Source: an uncultured Pseudomonadota bacterium
GTDB taxonomy: Bacteria; Oederibacteriota; Muellerivitia; Muellerivitales; Muellerivitaceae
DNA length: 64,000 nt
Assembly: GCA_963770835.1 (NCBI GenBank)
Contig: CAVYRH010000026.1
Location: 768,001 to 832,000 of the forward strand
Direction: 5' to 3'
Part shown: positions 8,872 through 18,212 of the stretch, piece by piece
How the letters are laid out: each line of letters opens with the position of its first letter
Position numbering within the stretch: the first letter of the stretch is position 1
Notes under the pieces: model-generated
Told to the model about the DNA's origin: nothing
The model's input: the letters and a program-made list of their open reading frames with translations, nothing else
Databases searched by the model: none
Position numbers and translations under genes: made by a program

Positions 8872-9651
8872 ATGACCAACTCAAACTATCAAAAATGGAA
8901 ATCCCTCCAGGCGCACTGGGACGACGACGAGTTCCTCAAGTCCCTCACGCCCTTGATGAAACTGCGCTACCGGCGGCTGGACGAGAAGGTGGAGGCTATC
9001 CTGGACGAGAATTTCCATGAAACAGGCGCCATCAAGGGCCGGCCGCTTCTGCTGGATATCGGGGCAGGGCGGGGGGAATTCGCTTTATTCCTGCAAGGCC
9101 GGGGAAGGTCGCGAGTTTGGAATTACCTGGGTTTCGAGCCTTCCGCCGAACAATTGAAACAGCGGGATATCGAGGAATTCGGCATAGGGTTCGTGCAGGC
9201 GGTGGCTGAACAAATCCCGGTTCAGGACATGGTTGCCAATGGCGTGGTTGTGAAAGAAGCCATCGATCACTGTTATGACCCGGCCAAAGTCTTCGCCGAG
9301 GCCAAGCGTCTCTTAAAGCCCGGCGGCGTACTGGTGGTGACCGTCACCAATGACAAGTCCTACTTCAAACGCATGTTTCCATTCATTAACCAGGCGCGGA
9401 AAGCCCAACAAACCGACCATCTCTTCTTTTTTGGGCCCGACGAACTGAAGAAGCTGGCGATCGAGGCCAAGTTTGACAGGGTATCGGTCGAAACCTATAA
9501 TTACCTGAAATTATCCGGGATTTTTGAGCGGGCTTTAAGCTTTTTGGGAACTCCCACCAACCGTGGGATCTTGAACGTGACGGACCTCATTGGCAAAATC
9601 CTCCTGCCGGGGTTGGGCGGCGGAATTATCCTTAGAGCTTCAAAAAAGTAA
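8872..9651 (+). CDS. Class I SAM-dependent methyltransferase
   Basis: LLDIGAGRG motif I and RLLKPGG motif. Confidence 0.85.
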   Translation: MTNSNYQKWKSLQAHWDDDEFLKSLTPLMKLRYRRLDEKVEAILDENFHETGAIKGRPLLLDIGAGRGEFALFLQGRGRSRVWNYLGFEPSAEQLKQRDIEEFGIGFVQAVAEQIPVQDMVANGVVVKEAIDHCYDPAKVFAEAKRLLKPGGVLVVTVTNDKSYFKRMFPFINQARKAQQTDHLFFFGPDELKKLAIEAKFDRVSVETYNYLKLSGIFERALSFLGTPTNRGILNVTDLIGKILLPGLGGGIILRASKK

Positions 9652-9657
9652 ATTCAG

Positions 9658-9726
9658 ATAGCTGTCATTGCGAGGAATGCCCGCCGAATAGGCGGGTGGT
9701 TATGACGAAGCAACCCCGGTTTTAAA
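9658..9726. repeat. GTCATTGCGAG...GACGAAGCAA palindromic repeat, copy A
   Basis: ATAGCTGTCATTGCGAGGAATGCCCGCCGAATAGGCGGGTGGTTATGACGAAGCAACCCCGGTTTTAAA; related copies at 12947, 13101 and 19227. Confidence 0.85.
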
Positions 9727-9747
9727 TTAGTCTTGAAAAGGAAAAGA

Positions 9748-9909
9748 ATGAACGCCGACCTCCTCAATATCCTGGTCTGCCCCGCCTGCGGGGCCGCCCT
9801 GCGCGAAAAAGACAACGCCATCGAATGCACCGCCTGCAAAAACCGCTACCCGATTGAAAACGGCATTCCCGTCATGCTTGTGGACCGCGCCCAAAAACCT
9901 AAAAAGTAA
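9748..9909 (+). CDS. Trm112 family small zinc-ribbon protein
   Basis: Not in the ORF track. MNADLLNILVCPACGAALREKDNAIECTACKNRYPIENGIPVMLVDRAQKPKK; LLxILVCP and YPIxxGIPVML signature. Confidence 0.9.
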   Translation: MNADLLNILVCPACGAALREKDNAIECTACKNRYPIENGIPVMLVDRAQKPKK

Positions 9910-9951
9910 AAATCGCATTGCCAAGACGCCAAGTCGCCAAGAAAGGCCCTT

Positions 9952-11103
9952 TTGGAGACTCTTAGGCATCCCAAAACAAAATCCAAAAATAAACCTCTTC
10001 ACATCGGCATCGACGCCCGGCTGGCCTATCGGCGGGGTGTGGGCACTTATACCGCCAACCTAATTCTTACCCTGGCAAAGATCGATCGAAAGAATCGCTA
10101 TACCATTTTCAACGCCCCCGACAGCCTGAAAAAACAAACTAAAAATCCCTGCTTCAATTGGGTAAAGGTGCCTTTTCCCAACGCAGCCTATTACGAGCAA
10201 GTGCTCCTGCCGGGCGCCGCCCGCCATGCGGGCGTGGACTTCCTTCATTACACGGACAATTCGGCCACGGCCATCGAGCCCATCCCCTTCATCGTCACCT
10301 TGCACGACACCATGCATACCCGCCCCTTATCCCAGGTGCGTCCCAAGCCCAGCTTCCGGCACCGGCTGGTTTACGGGTATAAGAAATGGGCCATCAACCG
10401 GTCCGTCCCGCGGGCCCGGGCGGTCCTGACGGTCTCGGATTTTTCCAAAGGCGAAATGGTGAAGGGAATGAGCCTAAAGGCCGAAAGGGTTTTCGTGACC
10501 CCCGAGGGCGTGGACCGCCGGGTCTTTAAGAAAATTTTCCGAAAGCCCTCCAAGCTTTTCAAGATTCTCGTCCACGGGGCGGCGGACGAGCGCAAAAACC
10601 TTTCGAATATCCTGAAGGCCGTGAAAATCCTCGCGGACCGGGGGAAAAAATTCCAATTGGTGGTGGTGGGGATGGACGCGGAAGAAATGAAATATACCCG
10701 TTACCTGGAAGAGGTACTGGCACTCGAGGTGGGGGATCGGGTGGAATGGGCGGGTAACGTGCCGGGTGAGATGCTTCCCCGGGTTTATGCCGAGACGGAC
10801 CTGTTCCTTTATCCCTCCCGGCTGGAGGGTTTCGGCCTGCCGGTCCTGGAAGCCTTCGCCTGCGGCGTGCCGGTAGTGGCTTCCAACACCACTTCCTTGC
10901 CCGAGGTCGCGGGGGACGCGGCCCTATTGGTGGACCCGGAGAGCCCCGGGGCCATCGCCAAGGCCGTCCAGCAAATGATGGACAAGCCCGGCCTGCGGAA
11001 ACGCTTCATCCAAAAGGGCCTCCGGCGCGCCAAGTTGTTCACCTGGGAAAAGACCGCGCGCAAGACCCTGGCGGTTTACGAGCGCATGAGGGAATGGATA
11101 TGA
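9952..11103 (+). CDS. Glycosyltransferase family 4
   Basis: IGIDAR, RGVGTY, RKNL, YPSRLEGFGLPVLEAFACGVPV, FTWEKTA. Start uncertain. Confidence 0.92.
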   Translation: METLRHPKTKSKNKPLHIGIDARLAYRRGVGTYTANLILTLAKIDRKNRYTIFNAPDSLKKQTKNPCFNWVKVPFPNAAYYEQVLLPGAARHAGVDFLHYTDNSATAIEPIPFIVTLHDTMHTRPLSQVRPKPSFRHRLVYGYKKWAINRSVPRARAVLTVSDFSKGEMVKGMSLKAERVFVTPEGVDRRVFKKIFRKPSKLFKILVHGAADERKNLSNILKAVKILADRGKKFQLVVVGMDAEEMKYTRYLEEVLALEVGDRVEWAGNVPGEMLPRVYAETDLFLYPSRLEGFGLPVLEAFACGVPVVASNTTSLPEVAGDAALLVDPESPGAIAKAVQQMMDKPGLRKRFIQKGLRRAKLFTWEKTARKTLAVYERMREWI

Positions 11104-11130
11104 GTTTAAAAATGTGCCGGTTAGCCGTTG

Positions 11131-11163
11131 TTGTAGGGGCGGGTCTTAGACCCGCCCCTACAA
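11131..11163. repeat. GTAG-type REP palindrome
   Basis: Perfect 16-bp arms: TTGTAGGGGCGGGTCT-T-AGACCCGCCCCTACAA. Confidence 0.85.
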
Positions 11164-11208
11164 AAACTTTCGATCTCCACGCCTTCGCGGTAAAAAAGGG
11201 GTTTTGTA

Positions 11209-12930
11209 ATGGTCTTTAATATTTTCCTGTTCCTAGCCGAGTTCCTCAGCGAGTATTTTTCCATCGGCGCCTTCGCTTTCACCTTGAAGGACCAGGTCCG
11301 CTTCGCGGCATTAGCGTTCGTTTTCATCGCGATCGTCTTGGCCCTCCAGACGGCCATCGTCCGGTGGATCACCAAGGAAAGGGAATTCCCCAAGATCCTC
11401 CGCGCCCTTCTTTGGGCCCACCTGCCCTGGGTTTTCGGCCTGTTCTGGCCCCTCGTCCAAAAGCTTAACTTGCCCGACCCCCAGAACACCCTGGTGCGGA
11501 AGGTGGAAATCCTCCTAGGCGTCATCATCATCACCCATTTGTTCCTTTTCGCCCGCCTGCTTTTGTCCCGCTCCTCCAATAACGGGTGGAAGACGTCGAA
11601 AACCTTCGGCTGGATAGCCGTGATTGTTTTCGCGGGGGCCACCTGCTGGACGGCCACGGTCTGCGACCTGAGCGGGGATGAACCTCATTATTTATTGATG
11701 GCTTACAGCCTGCTCCACGATGGCGACCTAGACCTTTCGAACAATTACGCCAACCGGGACTACGAGCATTTCTACCACCGGGGGGATTTGGAGCCGCAAA
11801 GCCTGGAGCACGTCATCGACGGCAGGCGTTACAGCCACCACCCCCTGGGGCCGGTGCTGCTGGTGCTACCCGGTTTCGCCCTGGCAGGGCGCCTGGGCGC
11901 GGCCCTGACTATGGCCCTTTTGGCGGCCCTGGCCCTTTATTTCACCATGCGCGTCTTGGAGGAAACGGGGGCCCAAGGCTGGCCCCTTCATGCGGTAGGG
12001 ATGACCGGCTTGGCCTCGAGCCCCCTGTTTCTTTTCGCCGGGCTCATCTACCCGGAGATCCCGACCGCCTGCCTTGTGGCTTTGAGCCTCCTCCTCTTCC
12101 TAAAGAAGAGGTGGGCTTGGCTAGGCCTTTGTTTGGGATTGATGCTTTGGATGCACAACCGCAACGTTCTTTTAGTCATCCCTTTTCTGCTGATAGGGCT
12201 CTATGAAATAGGGAAGGCAGAGAGGCGGATTGTGGAATGGGGGAAGCTGTTCGTGGGTTTCGCAATTCCCGTGGCGGCCCTGGCTATCTATTTTCATGCC
12301 ATCTACGGGGTTTGGACCCCCCTGGGGGCGCATAACGAACCCTTCACCTCCCTGTTCCGTTTGAGCCATTTTTGGAACGGATTCTTGGGGCTGTTATTGG
12401 ATCAGGAATGCGGTCTTTGGTTCCATTTCCCCATTTTCGGCATGGCGGTCACCGGCGGGATTATTCTCTTTCTTTCCAAAAATCCCCTGCGCTTTGTCGC
12501 CCTGGGCACTCTAGTTTTCTACTATCTCTTCATGTCGTTTTACGAGAACCTGGGTTTGACCCCCGCTACCCGCTACATGGTGGGTATCACGCCCCTGCTG
12601 TTGCTGGCGCTTTACCCCGCCGTGGAAAGGTTGAAGAAGGGGGAAGGGTGGACCTGGCTCACGATATTTTCGTTTTTCGTCGGCGTTTTCGTGAATTGGA
12701 TTTTGGCGGCGGTCCCCTGGATGCGGTATAACAAGCTGAACGGCGAGAATTGGATTTTAAAGATCGCGGGGTCTTTTCTCCATCTGCCGCTGACCGTGAT
12801 GAACCCAGCCTTCCAGGCCCCTGTCGTCGATTCGAAGACTTATTTAATGAGCGCCTTTACCGTCGGAATAACGGTGATTTTGAGCATCTGGTTTCTGAGG
12901 GAGAAGATAAGGCAGGGCAACCGCCGGTAG
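11209..12930 (+). CDS. Polytopic membrane protein, GT-C-fold-like
   Basis: More than 10 TM segments; SGDEPHYLL loop with a DE motif and IYPE; lies between two GT4 genes. Confidence 0.65.
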   Translation: MVFNIFLFLAEFLSEYFSIGAFAFTLKDQVRFAALAFVFIAIVLALQTAIVRWITKEREFPKILRALLWAHLPWVFGLFWPLVQKLNLPDPQNTLVRKVEILLGVIIITHLFLFARLLLSRSSNNGWKTSKTFGWIAVIVFAGATCWTATVCDLSGDEPHYLLMAYSLLHDGDLDLSNNYANRDYEHFYHRGDLEPQSLEHVIDGRRYSHHPLGPVLLVLPGFALAGRLGAALTMALLAALALYFTMRVLEETGAQGWPLHAVGMTGLASSPLFLFAGLIYPEIPTACLVALSLLLFLKKRWAWLGLCLGLMLWMHNRNVLLVIPFLLIGLYEIGKAERRIVEWGKLFVGFAIPVAALAIYFHAIYGVWTPLGAHNEPFTSLFRLSHFWNGFLGLLLDQECGLWFHFPIFGMAVTGGIILFLSKNPLRFVALGTLVFYYLFMSFYENLGLTPATRYMVGITPLLLLALYPAVERLKKGEGWTWLTIFSFFVGVFVNWILAAVPWMRYNKLNGENWILKIAGSFLHLPLTVMNPAFQAPVVDSKTYLMSAFTVGITVILSIWFLREKIRQGNRR

Positions 12931-12946
12931 TGCATCCGTTTGATTT

Positions 12947-13242
12947 TAGTTGTCATTGCGAGGAGCGAACTTCTCGACAAGCTTGAAGCCCTTGTCCCGA
13001 AATTCGGGACAAGGGTAGTTGGCCCAATGGGCCAACTACAACCAAGCTCTCAGTTCATGGGTTGTTTAGGCGTTTGTGTTGATGGTTTAAAAAAGCATAT
13101 TTTAAACTGAGGTTGCTTCGTCATAATCGCCCGCCTAGCCCCATTTCACCTTTGGATTTATTTAAGGAAAATGGGATAACCCCCACACTCCTTTCAGTCA
13201 TTGAATGAAATGTGGGGATTGGCGGGCATTTCGCGCAATGAC
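12947..13242. repeat. Composite nested palindromic element (two GTCATTGCG arms plus inserted hairpins)
   Basis: Arms start at 12947 and at 13101-13242. Perfect palindromes at 12989-13015 and 13015-13039. Hairpins at 13140-13175 and 13181-13217. Confidence 0.85.
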
Positions 13243-13260
13243 CGCAAAAGGAAAGACTTT

Positions 13261-14508
13261 TTGAACATCCTCGTCCTGACGCCGCTCATACCCTATCCCC
13301 CCCACGACGGGGATAAACTGCGTCTCTACCATTTCCTCTCGCACCTCAAGAAACGCGGCCACACGATCGACTTGTTCTGCCTGACGAGGGTTAAGGACGA
13401 TCTCCACTATGCCTCCGACCTCCAGTCCCTTTGCCGGCGCGTCACCACCGAGCATGTGAGCAACCGGGACCTGTTTTTCAACCTGATCGGCGGCCTCTTG
13501 ATCGGGCAGTCGCTAAACGTTTCCAGCCACTTTTCCCCCACCCTGCGGGACAAGCTGAAAGCCTACTGGCAAACCACCGATGGCCAAAAAATCGATGTGG
13601 TGCTGGCCCACCGGCTCCGCATGGCGCCCGCGGCTTTTGAAGGCAATCCGGGCAAGCCCGTGGTGCTGGAACTGACCGACTGTCTGACGGCCTATACCCA
13701 GCAGTTGAAGGAACACCGGGTGTCCCGGTTTTCCCGGCGTTTGGCGGCCGGGTGGGACTATTGGTTCCTGAGGCGGGAGGAAGTGGAGTGGACGGAGCAG
13801 GCTTTTCAATCCACCGTGATTTCCGAGCCGGACGCCCAGGTTTTAAGGGGAGAGGGCGCACCGTTGGACAAAATTACCGTTATTCCGAACGGGGTCGAGG
13901 TGAAGCGGGTCTCCAAAGCCAAGAAAGCCCGGGTTTATCCCGCTAAAAAACAGGTTGTTTGTTTTGTGGGCAACATGGGTTATCCCCCCAATGAGGACGG
14001 GGCCCTTTGGTTTCTCAAGAAGGTATGGCCAAAGGTGAAACAGGTGGATCCTCAGGCAGTCTTTGCGGCCGTTGGCGGCCAGCCCCGGAAAGCCCTCCGC
14101 CGGTTCCATAACGGGGTGGATGTCCTGGTGACCGGCTGGGTGCCGGAAATCGAGCCTTATTTGCTGCATGCCGATCTTTCGGTGGCACCCTTGCGGGTGA
14201 CGGCGGGGATGCAAAACAAAGTGGCTTTGGCCTTGAGCCTGGGTGTGCCGGTGGTGGCAACGCCCGGGGCGGTGGCCTGGATTCCGCTCAAGGGCCGGGA
14301 CGGCGTTATAGTAGCGGAGGGGGAAGATGCATTCGCCCAAGAGGTGACCCAGGTCCTGCGGAAACCCCAGATCGCCAAGGCCGCCGCCAAAAAGGGCCAA
14401 CGATTTGTTTTGAAGAATTACAAATGGAACGAGTCGGGGAAGAAGTTGGAAGCAATATTAAAAAAAGCCGCGAAACAGAAATATTCACCACAGAGTACAC
14501 AGAGCTAA
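13261..14508 (+). CDS. Glycosyltransferase (GT4-like sugar transferase)
   Basis: PYPPHDGDKLR, VIPNGV, FVGNMGYPPN, APLRVTAGMQNKV. Start set at TTG 13261 because the longer ORF begins inside the repeat. Confidence 0.88.
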   Translation: MNILVLTPLIPYPPHDGDKLRLYHFLSHLKKRGHTIDLFCLTRVKDDLHYASDLQSLCRRVTTEHVSNRDLFFNLIGGLLIGQSLNVSSHFSPTLRDKLKAYWQTTDGQKIDVVLAHRLRMAPAAFEGNPGKPVVLELTDCLTAYTQQLKEHRVSRFSRRLAAGWDYWFLRREEVEWTEQAFQSTVISEPDAQVLRGEGAPLDKITVIPNGVEVKRVSKAKKARVYPAKKQVVCFVGNMGYPPNEDGALWFLKKVWPKVKQVDPQAVFAAVGGQPRKALRRFHNGVDVLVTGWVPEIEPYLLHADLSVAPLRVTAGMQNKVALALSLGVPVVATPGAVAWIPLKGRDGVIVAEGEDAFAQEVTQVLRKPQIAKAAAKKGQRFVLKNYKWNESGKKLEAILKKAAKQKYSPQSTQS

Positions 14509-14555
14509 ATCTAAAAAAGTCTTACTCTGTGTACTCCGTGAACGCTGTGGTTCAA
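14484..14555. repeat. CACCACAGAG-type inverted repeat overlapping the glycosyltransferase 3' end
   Basis: TTCACCACAGAGTACACAGAG ... CTCTGTGTACTCCGTGAACGCTGTGGTTCAA; encodes the terminal SPQSTQS of the upstream protein. Confidence 0.8.
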
Positions 14556-14565
14556 GGGACTTTAA

Positions 14566-16455
14566 GTGTGTGGAATAGCGGGTTTCTGCCAATTTAAACC
14601 GGGCCTTTCCTTGAGGATGAAGAACCTTGAGGAGATGACCGCGACCCTCAAACACCGGGGGCCGGACGACAAGGGCTATTACCAAAAGGGCCCGGTGGGC
14701 TTGGCCATGACCCGGCTTTCCATCGTGGACGTCGCGGGGGGGTCCCAGCCCATTTCCAACGAGAACGGCAAAGTGTGGGTTGTCTTCAACGGCGAGATTT
14801 ACAACCACCAGGAACTGCGGAAACCCCTGGTGGAAGCCGGCCACCGGTTCACCACCAACAGCGACACCGAAGTGCTGGTGCACGCCTATGAGGAATATGG
14901 CGACAAGTTCGTTTCCAAGTTGCGGGGCATGTTCGCTTTTGCCCTCTGGGATGAGACCTTCCAGAAGCTCCTCCTGGCCCGGGACCACGTGGGGGTCAAG
15001 CCGCTTTACTACACCACGGCGGACGGGAACCTGATCTTCGGATCGGAAATCAAACCCATCCTTTCGGTGGACAGCGTGCCCCGGCACGTGGATTCCAAGC
15101 AGATCCTCACCCTCATGACCCTTCAGTACGTGCCCACGCCCGACACGCTCTTTAAGGGCATCCGCAAACTGCCCGCAGGCCACACCCTCGTATGCCAAAG
15201 CGGGAAGATCGCCATCAAGCCCTATTGGGAACTGCCCCGCATTTCGGTGCTGTCGGGGGAAGACGTCTCCGCGGGCCAGGAGAAGAGCCTGGTGGAGGAA
15301 CTGCGGTTGAAGTTTTTTGCCAGCGTCAAGGAACAGCTGATGTCGGACGTGCCCCTGGGCGCCTTCCTTTCCGGCGGGGTGGATTCCTCCCTCACCGTGG
15401 CCGCCATGACCCACCAAACGGGCAAGGCCGTGAAAACCTACGCGGTTGGCTTCGAGAACGAGCGGGATTTCAACGAGCTCAAGTTCGCGCAAAAGGTTTC
15501 CCGGCTCTTGAAGAGCCAGCACCGGGAGATCATGGTCAACGCCCAGATGCTGAACGACCTCATCCCCAAACTAGTGAAGTACCAGGACGACCCAGTCATC
15601 GACCCGGCGGTCCTGCCGACCTTCGTGGTCTCCCTTTTCGCCCGGCAGGAAGTGAAGGTGGTCTTGACCGGCGAGGGGGCGGACGAGCTTTTCGGCGGCT
15701 ACCGGCGCTATGCCTATGACCAGCTTTCGGGCCGGATGAAGCTGATGCCCGGCTGGCTCAAGGCGCTGGTGCCCTTCATCACCAACCGCATGAAAGACCC
15801 CTACCGGCAGGCCTGGCACGCCTTGAATAAAGAGGATTTGGTGAAGCGCCACATGGCTTGGTCCCGGCTTTGCCTGGAGGAAACCCTGCAAGGGCTGGCG
15901 GGCGAAAAACTTCTCTATGAGATGGAACATTCCAAGGTCGAGGAGTCCCTGGAGAAGATCTTCGAGGGCGCCGAATCCTACGGTTTCGACAATCTGAACC
16001 TGATGCTTTACATGGACCTGAAAACCTGGCTGCCCGACGACCTTTTGAGCAAGGTGGATCGCATGAGCATGGCGGCCTCGCTGGAGGCCCGGGTGCCCTA
16101 CCTAGACCACCGGCTGGTGGAATTTGCCTTTGCCCTGCCGTCTTCCTTGAAATTGCGGGGAAGCACGGGGAAGTACATCTTGAAGAAGGCCGCAGCCAAG
16201 TACCTGCCGGCAGAAATCATAAATCGCAAGAAAATGGGTTTCGGGGTGCCCCTGGCCTCCTGGTTCCGCAAGGAATTAAGGCCTTTGTTAGTGGATACCC
16301 TGCACTCCGAGAAGTTCCAGAAGCGGGGTTATTTTAACATCGGCAAGACTGAGGAAATCCTGCAGGAACACCTCTCCGGCCAGAAAGACCACCACCTGCT
16401 TTTGTATGGGTTGTTACTTGTCGAGTTGTGGCATCGGAGGTTTATTGACGAATGA
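14566..16455 (+). CDS. asnB: Asparagine synthase (glutamine-hydrolysing) family amidotransferase
   Basis: MCGIAG, HRGPD, FNGEIYN, LSGGVDSS, TGEGADELFGGY, DRMSMAASLEARVP, KMGFGVP. Confidence 0.95.
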   Translation: MCGIAGFCQFKPGLSLRMKNLEEMTATLKHRGPDDKGYYQKGPVGLAMTRLSIVDVAGGSQPISNENGKVWVVFNGEIYNHQELRKPLVEAGHRFTTNSDTEVLVHAYEEYGDKFVSKLRGMFAFALWDETFQKLLLARDHVGVKPLYYTTADGNLIFGSEIKPILSVDSVPRHVDSKQILTLMTLQYVPTPDTLFKGIRKLPAGHTLVCQSGKIAIKPYWELPRISVLSGEDVSAGQEKSLVEELRLKFFASVKEQLMSDVPLGAFLSGGVDSSLTVAAMTHQTGKAVKTYAVGFENERDFNELKFAQKVSRLLKSQHREIMVNAQMLNDLIPKLVKYQDDPVIDPAVLPTFVVSLFARQEVKVVLTGEGADELFGGYRRYAYDQLSGRMKLMPGWLKALVPFITNRMKDPYRQAWHALNKEDLVKRHMAWSRLCLEETLQGLAGEKLLYEMEHSKVEESLEKIFEGAESYGFDNLNLMLYMDLKTWLPDDLLSKVDRMSMAASLEARVPYLDHRLVEFAFALPSSLKLRGSTGKYILKKAAAKYLPAEIINRKKMGFGVPLASWFRKELRPLLVDTLHSEKFQKRGYFNIGKTEEILQEHLSGQKDHHLLLYGLLLVELWHRRFIDE

Positions 16456-16500
16456 CCTTCAAAATTCAGAAAGAACATTTTTGACGGATTAGGAATATTT

Positions 16501-16528
16501 TAAAGCCCCCGGGAAGCCGGAGGCTTTA
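16501..16528. terminator. Putative terminator hairpin between convergent genes
   Basis: TAAAGCCCCCGG-GAAG-CCGGAGGCTTTA. Confidence 0.55.
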
Positions 16529-16552
16529 TGGATTGGCCCGATGCCAATTTAT

Positions 16553-17824
16553 TTATTGGGATTCATAGACGGTGTTAAGGACGCCCGTCCCCACCGATCC
16601 TCCGGTGATATACACGTAATTGTTCAATACCGCACAGGAAATTTCCGTCCACCAGTAATCGGTGGGTCCGGATGTCCAAATGGCCCCATTCTCGGTGAAC
16701 CAAGAGTCCCTCGGCGGTTGCCCGAGGCCAGCGCCACCAAATAGCCATATTTGGCTGTTGAACGCCGTGTAGGCGAAATTTTGCCGGCCGGGAGTGAAGG
16801 GAGCGGTGGCAGCGGCTTCGGTCCAATTCGCCCCGTCGGAGGAATACCATGTATCGTTCAGTTCATTTGCGGTTCCGGCTGTCCCGCCAAAAACCCAGAT
16901 CATCCCGTTCAGGACTACCGCCCCGCCGTATTGGCGCGCGGGAAAGGGCATGGCGCTGGTGGATTTCGTCCAAGTCGTCCCGTCAGGTGAAGAATAGGTA
17001 TAGCCATCTCCCCCGAAAATCCAAATCTTGCTGTTGAAGGAAACCGCTGCGGCGCCCTCGTTCGCATTGACGGAGAAAGGAATGCTTGTGGAGGCGGCCG
17101 TCCAATTTGCGCCGTCGGTGGAATACCAGGCGTCGTCGTAATCGGTCCCTCCGCTGTTGGTGACCGCCGAACCCGAACCGCCCATGATCCACATCTCATT
17201 GTTGAAAACAGCGCTGGCGAAATTGTACCTGCTCCCGAAGGCTGCGGCCGTAGTTGCAGCCGACCAGTTGGCCCCGTCACTGGATTTCCAGACATCGTTC
17301 AATTCAACCCCGTAAACATTCGACCCACTGACCGATACCCATTGCCCTGCAGCGACGTAAAGCTGGCCGTTGAGGGAAAAAGTGGCGTGTCCACACCGGG
17401 CCGGGAAGGGGGAGGTTTGAGTGAGCTGAGTCCATCCCTTAATCTGGGGGGTCATGCTGATGGTCGGGGTCGCGGTTTGAGTGGGCGTGCCCGTATTGGT
17501 GGGCGTACCGGTGATCGTGGGTGTGTTTGTAATCGTGGCGGAAGGCGTTGCGGTCGGGGACAAGGTGATCGTGGCCGTATTCGTAACCGTGCGGGTCACG
17601 GTGGACGTCCCCGTATTCGTGGGGGTGGCGGTTGGGGTGGCTGTCCCGGTTTTCGTCGGGGTGTTCGTGACCGTGAAAGTGGAGGCGGGGGTAAAAGTCA
17701 CCGCTGGAGTAAAGGTATTCGTCGGATTCTCTGGAGTGGTGGGAGGGATGCTTCTTGGGCATCCGACGATTAAAAAGGAAACCCCAATCAGAAGGGAAAA
17801 TATCCCCATTTGGTGCAATTTCAT
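16553..17824 (-). CDS. Lipoprotein with Thr/Pro-rich linker and kelch/Asp-box-like propeller
   Basis: Lipobox LIVGC; ~100-aa TPT linker; repeats [39 protein letters not shown]. Start at 17824 or 17836. Confidence 0.8.
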   Translation of the reverse strand: MKLHQMGIFSLLIGVSFLIVGCPRSIPPTTPENPTNTFTPAVTFTPASTFTVTNTPTKTGTATPTATPTNTGTSTVTRTVTNTATITLSPTATPSATITNTPTITGTPTNTGTPTQTATPTISMTPQIKGWTQLTQTSPFPARCGHATFSLNGQLYVAAGQWVSVSGSNVYGVELNDVWKSSDGANWSAATTAAAFGSRYNFASAVFNNEMWIMGGSGSAVTNSGGTDYDDAWYSTDGANWTAASTSIPFSVNANEGAAAVSFNSKIWIFGGDGYTYSSPDGTTWTKSTSAMPFPARQYGGAVVLNGMIWVFGGTAGTANELNDTWYSSDGANWTEAAATAPFTPGRQNFAYTAFNSQIWLFGGAGLGQPPRDSWFTENGAIWTSGPTDYWWTEISCAVLNNYVYITGGSVGTGVLNTVYESQ

Positions 17825-17987
17825 CACGACCTCCATAAAGGCGATTTAATCCGGACACTCACCAATACCAGTGCTTTTATTAGAGCTTTTATTCCATAAC
17901 GTTGAGTAAAAAAGGTTTTTTGCCGGATCGTCCCAATAGCCTTACATTTGCGACTATTTTTGGCACTGAGCTTCCAAAAAGCACCAT

Positions 17988-18212
17988 AAAATGGGTTTCG
18001 GGGTGCCCCTAGCCTCCTGATTCCGCAAGGAGTTAAGGCCGCTTTTGGTGGATACACTCCATTCCGAGAAGTTCCAGAAGCGGGGTTACTTCAACATCGG
18101 TAAGACTGAGGAAATCCTGCAGGAACACCTTTCAGGCCAGAAGGACCACCATCTACTTTTGTGTGGGTTGTTGTTGATCGAGTTGTAGCACAGGAGATTT
18201 ATAGATGAATAA
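17988..18212 (+). pseudogene. Orphan second copy of the asnB 3' end
   Basis: Ungapped match to 16231-16455 (offset 1757). About 30 differences by hand count, mostly synonymous. TGG>TGA at 18018 and TGG>TAG at 18186. Confidence 0.92.

Noticed and set aside
13201..13260. N-terminal extension of the glycosyltransferase ORF
   Set aside because: Encoded by the palindromic repeat; the family-like sequence starts at 13261.
16452..16484. 10-codon ORF overlapping the asnB stop (ATGA)
   Set aside because: Too short to support; could be a remnant of a coupled gene, but there is no evidence.
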